Below are positions 56,060 to 64,000 of a stretch of 64,000 bases of DNA, one piece after another. Each line of letters starts with the position of its first letter. The first letter of the stretch is position 1. The notes below the pieces were generated by a model that had not been told where the DNA came from, did no database searches, and worked only from the letters and a program-made list of their open reading frames with translations. The translations under genes and the position numbers were made by a program. Source of the DNA: a virus (taxonomy: Duplodnaviria > Caudoviricetes); IMG/VR virus record IMGVR_UViG_3300028581_000010, one strand, 5' to 3'.

Positions 56060-57487
56060 TTACCTATTTTGAAGCAAAGCATTGAGCATGACTTCATTTG
56101 TAAGTTTCCCATGATCTTCCATGTATTGTAAAGCCGCGATTTTATATTTCGCGTACTCCTCCGCCAGTTCAACTACAGCAGCTTCCTTGGAGATTTCCTC
56201 CGAGTCAGATGCCTTGAGTTTACCTGGGGCTTTTCTGATTATGGTTATCTTCATGATACGCCCTTGGACGGGTTGTTCCTCCAGAGAGTGTCCTTCAAAC
56301 AGACCACCTATCAAAGATCTAAGTGCCTTAGGCAACATGTCGATACCTGAGGGCTCATATTTCTCACTGTTGACACACTCTCCGCAGCAACCTGCGTCAG
56401 AAGCAATGTCGTTAAAAATCTTGGGCAGCCGAGCCTTCATACGTTTCGTATGGTTGCCTAGCGTTGAGGCTTTCTCGCCAAAGAGATAGCTCATGAAGTC
56501 CTCGGGTGAGAAGACGATGCCTTTGTCCGCCAGCGCGCGTAGTAGTTTGGACGGTTCGTACTTGCGTAGAGTGTCCATGACATCGGCGGGTATGCCGTCT
56601 GCCTGGTTCAGCTTGGATTTGTGCTCGGAAATGTACTTGTCCTCGCTTGTCTCATGTATGCCCTTGGCAATACCATCGAGACGTTTCTCCAGCTTGGCGA
56701 GCTTGTGTATAAGACTCCGTTTAAAGGAGGCTTGTTTAGAAATTGTTAGAAGCTCATCGGCTGGAGGTACGAAGCCGGTATAGATCTGCATATAGTCAGA
56801 TCCAAGCTTGGGCACGTATGCGGATGCCATCTTTAGAGACATGCCTACGCGGTCTGCAGGACGCCCTACAATAGACAACTCGAACCAGCGCGGCTTGATG
56901 TTATCCATACCGCACATCTCACCTACCTTGTTGATCTCTCCGAGTTCGCTGGGAACGTGCTCGCAGCGAGTCTTGTCATCATAAGCTTTGTGCTTACACC
57001 AGGTGCAAACATCGTAAGCTACCTTGGCAGCCATGCTTACGTTAATCTGCTTACCCTCGGCGATCTTCTGAATCTCCTCAGCGCACTTATCATTGTCCAG
57101 GCCTACGATGAGCTCAATACGCTTCATCTTTTTGTTGTAGGCCGCGGCCTTGATGTTTCCGTACTTAGGGTCTGTGGGCTTATTCTTGTGGTGACGATTC
57201 AGTGCACGGCCATCATACTTACCAGCAGCGCTTTTCTTACCAGAGTTAACAAAGGTTTTATAGTGCTCCAAGCACTCAGCTTCCTTGAATAGGTCGCCGT
57301 TTCGGTTTTGGCCTGTTCCCTCATAGGCAGCAAGCGCGATGGCATGTATGTCTGTCTGGCCGGCTGTTTTCTCAAAGCGCAACTCGTCAGACATGCTTGT
57401 CTTCTTCTGCAAATCACGCAAATCCGTAGCAAGCTTTATAGGCTCTTCGTTTAATGCGAGATCGTCTGTCGAGCTGAACTTAATCAC
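56060..57487 (-). CDS. Prohead (head maturation) protease
   Basis: NRNGDLF, LNRHH, NVSMAAKV.YDVCTWC and FELSIVGRPAD, a herpes/HK97-type protease pattern, in the head cluster. Confidence 0.75.
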   Translation of the reverse strand: MIKFSSTDDLALNEEPIKLATDLRDLQKKTSMSDELRFEKTAGQTDIHAIALAAYEGTGQNRNGDLFKEAECLEHYKTFVNSGKKSAAGKYDGRALNRHHKNKPTDPKYGNIKAAAYNKKMKRIELIVGLDNDKCAEEIQKIAEGKQINVSMAAKVAYDVCTWCKHKAYDDKTRCEHVPSELGEINKVGEMCGMDNIKPRWFELSIVGRPADRVGMSLKMASAYVPKLGSDYMQIYTGFVPPADELLTISKQASFKRSLIHKLAKLEKRLDGIAKGIHETSEDKYISEHKSKLNQADGIPADVMDTLRKYEPSKLLRALADKGIVFSPEDFMSYLFGEKASTLGNHTKRMKARLPKIFNDIASDAGCCGECVNSEKYEPSGIDMLPKALRSLIGGLFEGHSLEEQPVQGRIMKITIIRKAPGKLKASDSEEISKEAAVVELAEEYAKYKIAALQYMEDHGKLTNEVMLNALLQNR

Positions 57488-57489
57488 AA

Positions 57490-58824
57490 TTATTGTACTT
57501 TCTCGGCTTCCTCGAACTGAGAGCGAGATTTAAGCAAGTTACGCTTCCACTCATTCATCTGGTCCTTACCATACATTTGGCTCTGTAGGGCTTTGAGCAA
57601 ATGATGCAGCCCTATGCCGCCTGCTGCAACGCCAGCACCCATAGCGACGGGAAACTTAAGTCTGTTCAGTACTCTGGAGCCTGTGCTTAACCCGCCGCGC
57701 TCAGCTGAACGAGACAGCGGGTCAATGACCCCTCTATCAAGAGCTTCAAGTTTACGTCCTTCAACAGAGGCTAAATTCGTATTTTTAGGATCCAGCCCAC
57801 CAACATCAGCAAGCATGTTGCGCGATGTGTGTTTATCAAAATTCTTTGAGTCAGTTTCTAGCAGTGCTCCGGAGGCCATACCTGCCAAACGGCTAGTCCG
57901 ATAGCCTGGCAAAAAATATTTCTTAAACCACTCCGGCAGCCAAGTGCTCAACTGCAAGTCTTCGCCAAGAAGCTTGCCCTTATCAAGACCCCCATTGGTT
58001 CTTAGCACCTTATGCATACCCTGCATCTTTTCAATGGTGCGGGCGGCGGGCAAGTCATTCATGTCAGACATGACCGATTTAATTGCCTTTATGCGTGCTT
58101 CTTCGGCGGCTGTGCGCCGACCGGTAGCTAGATCTACCTTGAGCTTATGTGTCTTTGAGTCAAACCCATGGCCGGCTGCCGATGCTTCTTGTTCAAGCCT
58201 TTTCAACCCATCAATAGCGCCCTGATGCTCTTTGGTAACGGCGCTGGCAGCATTGTACTTATCAGAAATCTTTGGAGCAGACGGATCTGACTTACTCGTC
58301 AGTGTATCCAAGTGCTCAATACGCCTACGAATAGCTGCGTCTTCTGTAGAAGGGTCACCATAACCAGAACCAAAGAAGCGTTTTGCCTGCCGGTCTTCTC
58401 CACCAATTTCCGCGTCGTAAGCTTTACGCCCGCCTCCCTTGGGGTCGTCGGAGATGCTAGGAATAGCTGCTTGATCTTTCTTACGCTGGCTACGCACTGT
58501 CAAATGATCCTTGGCCAACATAGCAGCAGACAGCCCGAGGCCTGCAATAGGGGCATATTTCGCCGCATCTGTAGCTACAGCTTGAACAGGATGCGCATCG
58601 TAAAAAGTCTCTGCCTTGTTTTTCTTAAGACCGGTTAGGTACTCAAGACCGACCATACCCTTTTGGAGCTGCTCTTTAAGCCTGTCAATCTTCTCACGGT
58701 CATAGCCCTTCAGGCCGTGGAACTCTGCGCCGTCAACCATCGGGGCAACCGACTTATACAGCTCTGACGGATTGCTACCGTCCACACTTGAAATATCTCT
58801 GGAAAAGTTGTTGTCATCTGGCAT
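57490..58824 (-). CDS. Putative internal virion/ejection protein with hydrophobic glycine-rich segments
   Basis: APIAGLGLSAAML and FPVAMGAGVAAGGIGL segments. Confidence 0.55.
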   Translation of the reverse strand: MPDDNNFSRDISSVDGSNPSELYKSVAPMVDGAEFHGLKGYDREKIDRLKEQLQKGMVGLEYLTGLKKNKAETFYDAHPVQAVATDAAKYAPIAGLGLSAAMLAKDHLTVRSQRKKDQAAIPSISDDPKGGGRKAYDAEIGGEDRQAKRFFGSGYGDPSTEDAAIRRRIEHLDTLTSKSDPSAPKISDKYNAASAVTKEHQGAIDGLKRLEQEASAAGHGFDSKTHKLKVDLATGRRTAAEEARIKAIKSVMSDMNDLPAARTIEKMQGMHKVLRTNGGLDKGKLLGEDLQLSTWLPEWFKKYFLPGYRTSRLAGMASGALLETDSKNFDKHTSRNMLADVGGLDPKNTNLASVEGRKLEALDRGVIDPLSRSAERGGLSTGSRVLNRLKFPVAMGAGVAAGGIGLHHLLKALQSQMYGKDQMNEWKRNLLKSRSQFEEAEKVQ

Positions 58825-58829
58825 AAAAA

Positions 58830-59393
58830 TTAAGAGTAAAGCATTTCCTGCTCGACACGATTGCCCTGCAGCAGATCGCCCATATTTTGAGGTGAGTTGA
58901 GCTTTTTGATCGAACGCGTGCGCTCGTAGTCCTTCTTAGCTGCAGGTAGAGAAGATAGAATACCTGCGAGCACAGCAGCGCTGACACCCATACCAGTAGG
59001 AAGGTGTGTCTTAAACTTAGGGTGGATATTCAACAAAGGTGTGTGCTTTAATACATACCCTGATGCCGCCCCGGCACCTCCACCAATAAGGGCGCCTTTA
59101 GTTCCAGCTCCCAACCCTGCAAGAATACCTTCGAGCTCTGGAATCTTATCCAACGACTCGTCTCTACGTTGCAGAAGATCTGCGCGGTACCGCGTGGTGT
59201 CTTCTTGTGAGTTAGATCCATACGCTGGGTCAGAGCCTTGGTCTCGCAGCGCTGCCCGAATATGAGCCATGTCGATAGGGCTGATTGCTTGGTCGCTAGC
59301 CATTGCTGCCTTGAACAACTCTGTTGCTTCTTGTCTGGTTAGCCCTGCAGCAGCTGCTGCTTTTATGAATCCCTTGATGCTTTGCTTGTTCAT
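58830..59393 (-). CDS. Glycine-zipper protein with the N-terminal GFxKxA..GL module
   Basis: IKGFIKAAAAAGLT; GLGAGTKGALIGGGAGAASG. Confidence 0.65.
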   Translation of the reverse strand: MNKQSIKGFIKAAAAAGLTRQEATELFKAAMASDQAISPIDMAHIRAALRDQGSDPAYGSNSQEDTTRYRADLLQRRDESLDKIPELEGILAGLGAGTKGALIGGGAGAASGYVLKHTPLLNIHPKFKTHLPTGMGVSAAVLAGILSSLPAAKKDYERTRSIKKLNSPQNMGDLLQGNRVEQEMLYS

Positions 59394-59409
59394 TGTAAAT
59401 TGATGTGTG

Positions 59410-59742
59410 TTACTGTCCAGTTACTCTCTCTAATCCTGCCTGTATAGGGATAGCTCCAGCCATGTCTAAGGCCTGTGTACCCAACCCCATCGTATCCTTG
59501 GCGGCAATGCGTGCGCCAACTCGCCCGGCACCAAGTATGCCGTTCGCCAAAGCACCTGTGCCTTTCTTACCTGCCCAGCCCATGGCGGCTTGCGTGGCTT
59601 GGCGCCGAAGCAGCGAGGCTAGAGCAAAAGAACCTATGCTGGTTGCTATTGGCATCAAAAAAGACTGCTTTGTAAGCCCAAGCTCTTCTGCACGCTTATC
59701 AGCGCCACGTAAAAAAGCTTCGCTATACTCTTGCTGGGTCAT
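59410..59742 (-). CDS. Small amphipathic head-cluster protein
   Basis: YSEAFLRGADKRAEELGLT; Gly/Ala-rich C-terminus. Confidence 0.6.
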   Translation of the reverse strand: MTQQEYSEAFLRGADKRAEELGLTKQSFLMPIATSIGSFALASLLRRQATQAAMGWAGKKGTGALANGILGAGRVGARIAAKDTMGLGTQALDMAGAIPIQAGLERVTGQ

Positions 59743-60116
59743 TAGATGTTTACGATTGATTCGCCGGTGAAGGTGTCCGCGTTCTCCCGCAAAGCAGTGA
59801 AGGCGTCCGTGTACTTAGAGATAAAGCTCGACTGAAATGCTTCTGCCTTGGTCTGTGTGTTTGTGTCAAATGGAGTGGAAGTAGAGTCGAACTCCTGTGT
59901 GTAGGGCAGGCCGGAGATTACCTTGATGTATTTATCAGGTAAAGAATACTCGTTGGCGGTACTGTCCAGGAATGTTCCTCCTACGTTAATCTCCGGTTCG
60001 CCAAACTTACGCATCAACTCTTTGTCTGTTTCCGAAAGCTTAGTAGTATCCGCTGTAAAGAGGATACGCCATACGTCGTTTACAATCTGTCTGTTTATTT
60101 TGAGAATAGCGCGCAT
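59742..60116 (-). CDS. Hypothetical virion protein
   Basis: 124-aa coupled ORF. Confidence 0.6.
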   Translation of the reverse strand: MRAILKINRQIVNDVWRILFTADTTKLSETDKELMRKFGEPEINVGGTFLDSTANEYSLPDKYIKVISGLPYTQEFDSTSTPFDTNTQTKAEAFQSSFISKYTDAFTALRENADTFTGESIVNI

Positions 60117-60121
60117 CTTGA

Positions 60122-61723
60122 TTAAATTTTAAATGTATCTGTCTTGCCGGACATGAAGGCCTGTGAACCGATGCGATTCTTCATCATGTCGGTATCTAGC
60201 TTTGTCATCAAGTCGGCGTCGTACTTACTTAGAGCCTGAGAGGCTACCATACCGCGAAGCTCAGCGCGTACGATTTCCTTTTCCTTGGAGAGCTGCGGAG
60301 CAAGCCGTAGCAATTGCTCGTACGCTCTGGCTACCTTGGCTGGGTTAATCTTAGACAAGATGGGGTCCGTTAGAAGCAATTCCTGTAGAATGAGCTTACG
60401 TTCCATATTATCTAATGTGTTATTTACTTTGCCCTGCGCGGTGTTATCTCCGACGCTTGTACCAAAGTGGTTCTTAAGTGTTGTGTCAGCATGGCCAGAT
60501 AGAAAGCTGTCCAACCCGTGCCCCAGAGTGTCTAGAGTCTCGGTTATAAACCCTTTCTTAGCTAGCTCTGCTTTTTTTTTAATCTCCGCAACGACTGGGT
60601 CGTTCTCCTCAGCCATCACCATTCTACCAGGAGCCTGCTGCATCGTAAGTGGGTTTAAACCATGCTGCTCCATCAGGTCATCTGGTGTCATCTGGCTCGG
60701 TCCGGGGGCAGGGGAGGGAGTCGGAAGTGGAAATCCAGGGCCCGCTGGGCGAATTGGAGGTGGAATAACTTGCTGAACAGATTGTCCTGGCTGCACCGGA
60801 GGCACCACAGGCGGTGGTGTTGGTGTTGGTGTTGCTACAGGCGGCATCATTGGTTGCCCTGCTTCTTTACGCAAAGCGCCTACAGCGTGACGGATGTCCT
60901 GCACGTAGGCTCTTTCAAAATCCAACGACTCGCTGGCTTCTTTAGCTAGTGTGTTGTTCTCGATGTATGCCGCAGCGGCTTTCATGAAATGATCGAACAT
61001 TCCAAGCTCGACGCTCGGCTCAAACATAATATAGCCGGCGTCACGATGACCGCGCTCTTCCTCGAGCCCTGCGGTCTTATAGAGCAGGTCTAGATAAGGT
61101 ACGGCTTGTTCTCCATGCTTGGAAAAAGCCTGCGACTCAAGCTCATGAAATGGTGTGCGGTACCCTTCGTCTCTGCGGAAGTGGTCTGCCAGCTTAGAAA
61201 AGACCGAGTTAAACTCGAACTCAGCAGAAGCCTGCTTTGTCTGAGCCACGTCCAGATCGCGCTCTAGGCGGCTGATATACTTGGCTGTCTTGTCGAAGAG
61301 TCCACCAAGCGAGGTAGCGTAGGAGTCGTTCGTCTCTGTTGCTCCGGCGATCTGCAGATAAGCCTGTTTGTAGACAGGGTTCGACTGCATTCTGCGGAAG
61401 TTAAAAACTGGGTCGTTAGTCACTCCATCGGAGAAGTGCTCGGAAATATACTCGGAAGCTGTCTTCTCGTTAGAGGTGAAGCTGTCCTTGGCCACCTTCT
61501 CGATATCGGCGATAGGAAAGTCACTGGAACGATCCTCTGCAGTCTTGAAGTGGTTATAGTGTAGAGCCACGTTAAGGGCCTCACCAACGCGGTGAATGTA
61601 GTTGGGGTTCAGGTCATAAGACGCTGCAACCTTACTCAGGGCGTCTGTGGGTGTCCCGCCAGAGTTGACGATGTTGACAGCCTCATTTAACGCCTGTTTT
61701 ATTAAGATATTCGGTTCTTCCAT
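60122..61723 (-). CDS. KxA-rich head core-like protein
   Basis: At least 11 KxA sites and a Pro-rich linker. Confidence 0.7.
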   Translation of the reverse strand: MEEPNILIKQALNEAVNIVNSGGTPTDALSKVAASYDLNPNYIHRVGEALNVALHYNHFKTAEDRSSDFPIADIEKVAKDSFTSNEKTASEYISEHFSDGVTNDPVFNFRRMQSNPVYKQAYLQIAGATETNDSYATSLGGLFDKTAKYISRLERDLDVAQTKQASAEFEFNSVFSKLADHFRRDEGYRTPFHELESQAFSKHGEQAVPYLDLLYKTAGLEEERGHRDAGYIMFEPSVELGMFDHFMKAAAAYIENNTLAKEASESLDFERAYVQDIRHAVGALRKEAGQPMMPPVATPTPTPPPVVPPVQPGQSVQQVIPPPIRPAGPGFPLPTPSPAPGPSQMTPDDLMEQHGLNPLTMQQAPGRMVMAEENDPVVAEIKKKAELAKKGFITETLDTLGHGLDSFLSGHADTTLKNHFGTSVGDNTAQGKVNNTLDNMERKLILQELLLTDPILSKINPAKVARAYEQLLRLAPQLSKEKEIVRAELRGMVASQALSKYDADLMTKLDTDMMKNRIGSQAFMSGKTDTFKI

Positions 61724-61800
61724 AGTTTTGATAAGTTGCCTGCCAATCTGGCCAAATTTTAATATAATCTTCGCATAACGACCCGGTTACGTCAATTAAA

Positions 61801-62961
61801 TTACTCCTCCAGGGCGCTAATCGTACGATATTGCGGTACTGGGTTCTCCTTTAGGGCCAGCTTGGAGATTAGGGCAAAAGCCTGCTCGTCCTCGATGGTT
61901 AGGTCGCTACTCTTCTCGGTACCAGAGTTGATGATACGATTTGTAGCCGCGTCTAGGTTTCTAACCTTAGATCTGAAGTACGCTGCCTCCTCCTTCTTAA
62001 TGTGGAAGGTGGCGAGGTTATTGATAACGCTATTGTACGCTACAGCATCTTTCATATCCGTTACGGCAAAGTTAAGGGACATCACGTTGTCCAACATGGA
62101 GCTCGCCAAGAACTCCTCCACCTTGTACTTCTCATCAGATGTTAGAGAATTTAAGCTAGAGAAGGCCTTTAAGCCGAGCTCGCCTAGCTCGGAGATAAGC
62201 TTGTAAAAGCGTCTGTCTTCGTCGCTAATCTGGTTGTTATCAGATAGTTGTGTAAAATAAGCCGCACGGGCTACAGGGTCGGTAGGTGCGTGCGTGAAGT
62301 CAAAGAATAGTGTGCGGAGCGTGCGAATCTGCCCAAGCTTAAACTTGAAGCGCTTAGCCAGTTCGGCGTCGCTGATGCCTGCAAAGATACAGTAGCCTAT
62401 GTACTTGAACATACGTTCATGCTCTTTAGAACTATGAAAATTTAGCGCGAACTCCACATCTCTATCGTACCTCACGTGTGTGCAATGGTGCAGTAAACGG
62501 CGGAGCTCTGAGTCGGAGATGTCATCGATATGCTTGGGGTTCCAGTATCGAATCTTATTATCCTTGTGGACCTCGCAGAATATCTTACGTGTATCCGCAG
62601 CAGCGAGCTTCTTCTGAAAGAGTTTGTACAGCAACTCTTTTTGTTTGAAGTTAAGCCTGTTTATGATCTGCAGCATGTCATCAGAAAAGCTGAACGCTAC
62701 TGAAGACTCATGCACCAGATGAACAGGCGGGTTATTATCCTTCTTGAGCTTCTCTAGCTTTTCCAAGTCGTCCTTTGTTAGGCGCACAAGGTAGCGCTTA
62801 AGTGCTCCTGCGCCACTGACCAGGTTGCGACGGCAGTACTCCAGCCCGGCTTTGCTAGGTTCGCGAAACAGCAAGAAGCGCCAATTGGGGAAGTTATAAA
62901 AAGACCCCACTGGATTGAGGCTGATCGTTTTCGGTTTCAAATTGAAGAGAGGCTGCGCCAT
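61801..62961 (-). CDS. Hypothetical protein, possible HTH
   Basis: ISDAELAKRFKFKLGQIRTL segment. Confidence 0.65.
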   Translation of the reverse strand: MAQPLFNLKPKTISLNPVGSFYNFPNWRFLLFREPSKAGLEYCRRNLVSGAGALKRYLVRLTKDDLEKLEKLKKDNNPPVHLVHESSVAFSFSDDMLQIINRLNFKQKELLYKLFQKKLAAADTRKIFCEVHKDNKIRYWNPKHIDDISDSELRRLLHHCTHVRYDRDVEFALNFHSSKEHERMFKYIGYCIFAGISDAELAKRFKFKLGQIRTLRTLFFDFTHAPTDPVARAAYFTQLSDNNQISDEDRRFYKLISELGELGLKAFSSLNSLTSDEKYKVEEFLASSMLDNVMSLNFAVTDMKDAVAYNSVINNLATFHIKKEEAAYFRSKVRNLDAATNRIINSGTEKSSDLTIEDEQAFALISKLALKENPVPQYRTISALEE

Positions 62962-62966
62962 AAAAG

Positions 62967-63902
62967 TTATCCCATACCAAGAGGGTCATTAGGAGTTAGC
63001 GCACCCATTAGCGCACCACCACCACCCATCATCCCGGCGAGAGCAGGCGCCTGGCGGCCAGCTCGCCGTAAGTTATTGAAGTTTAGCGGTTTTTTTGTAA
63101 ATGGTTTTGCCAACAACTGCCCCAGTAGACCGAGCGTGGCTGGTGTATAGGCTCCGACGGCGCCAGTAGCAGCACCTAGCAGCCCGCCGGTCATAGCGCC
63201 TCCGGCGCGAGAAGAGAGCTGGCTCTTCTCCACTCGTTTGTCGGCTATAGAGGAAAGCATGTCCTGCACAGGCAACGAGGTGAGGTAGGGATGCTTTTGT
63301 AATATGGCGGCCGCTTCGTCGAGGCGTGCGTCTGAAAGGTTAGCCCCGTGTGTAATCAACGGGTAGGCCACCCCTGTTGCGGCGCCTATTCCGCCACCAA
63401 TCAACGCCTCTCTGCCTGCCCAGCGTGTGAAGGCAGCGGCGCGATTCTTACCCTTTAACAGCCTCTTGGCAGTCTGCACAGGAGCAACGGGGGAGCGCCA
63501 GACTTTCTTGCCGGTAGCGTTTGTTATGCGAGGGGAGCGGAAGCCCATTAGCCTTATACCCGCAGCTAAAAGGAAACCTACAGGTAGGCCTGTCAGCCCC
63601 ATGGAGGCGGCGTTACCGAGCATCTGCTTACCAAGTTCGGATTTTGAGCTTCTCGTAGCCTTGATACGCTCTAGGGCAACACGTATCTGCTCCTTGCGGT
63701 CGTCGGCGTCACTGGAGATTATCGCCCTCGACGGTAGCACATCGTTAAAAAAAGGGGCTATCGTCCGGGCTCGCCCCGGCATATCGTCCATAAAGTCCAA
63801 CGCGCTGTATTTACCTGGCTGCGACAAATAGATGTTTTCCCTCAATGCCTTGAGGGCGATCATTCTATCTAAGTCTTCTCTGGTAATTGCAGCCTTGTAC
63901 AT
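62967..63902 (-). CDS. Basic glycine-zipper protein
   Basis: GGGIGAATG, GGAMTGGLLGAATGAVG, GMMGGGGALMGA. Confidence 0.65.
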   Translation of the reverse strand: MYKAAITREDLDRMIALKALRENIYLSQPGKYSALDFMDDMPGRARTIAPFFNDVLPSRAIISSDADDRKEQIRVALERIKATRSSKSELGKQMLGNAASMGLTGLPVGFLLAAGIRLMGFRSPRITNATGKKVWRSPVAPVQTAKRLLKGKNRAAAFTRWAGREALIGGGIGAATGVAYPLITHGANLSDARLDEAAAILQKHPYLTSLPVQDMLSSIADKRVEKSQLSSRAGGAMTGGLLGAATGAVGAYTPATLGLLGQLLAKPFTKKPLNFNNLRRAGRQAPALAGMMGGGGALMGALTPNDPLGMG

Positions 63903-64000
63903 GAATGCGTACAGTTCATTAAACTGTCATCGCATCTTCGTCAGACATGTTAATGGAAAGCTCCGGTGAACGACGTTTGAGGAAGATGACCAGGTCCCCG

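Noticed and set aside
61801-62961. Small terminase assignment
   Set aside because: Only a possible HTH segment is visible, which is insufficient evidence.
1-64000. CRISPR array or Cas genes
   Set aside because: No regularly spaced direct repeats with unique spacers and no Cas motifs were seen; the AAGGCT repeats at 14.2 kb are short and irregular.
1-64000. Stop-codon reassignment
   Set aside because: Genes are full length under the standard code, all three stops are used as terminators, and no suppressor anticodon was found.
56060-64000. Portal protein assignment to any ORF here
   Set aside because: No ORF shows recognisable portal features; the portal probably lies outside the window.

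Overview
A 64-kb segment of a large contractile-tailed (myovirus-like) bacteriophage genome, with nearly all genes on the minus strand. 1-13.3 kb: a DUF3150-like gene, a Ycf46-like AAA ATPase split by a group I intron that carries a LAGLIDADG endonuclease, the large terminase (+ strand), a second AAA ATPase, an HNH endonuclease, a DenV-like glycosylase and hypothetical genes. 9.7-17.7 kb: an RNA island with tRNAs (some atypical), tmRNA, a YqeY protein and a DIP1984-like coiled-coil protein. Several unannotated, strongly base-paired RNA candidates are interleaved there, including a 420-nt RNA with an AAG-repeat loop. 18.3-49 kb: baseplate, fibre, tail and neck genes, including five paralogues with shared motifs, a sigma factor, the tape measure, a chaperone pair with a -1 slippery site, tube and sheath. 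49-64 kb: head module with major capsid, decoration and scaffold-like proteins, a prohead protease and glycine-zipper proteins; these are pervasively marked by K-x-A motifs and a shared GFxKxA..GL module. All family assignments come from motif recognition and all RNA structures from hand-pairing; no searches or folding programs were run.
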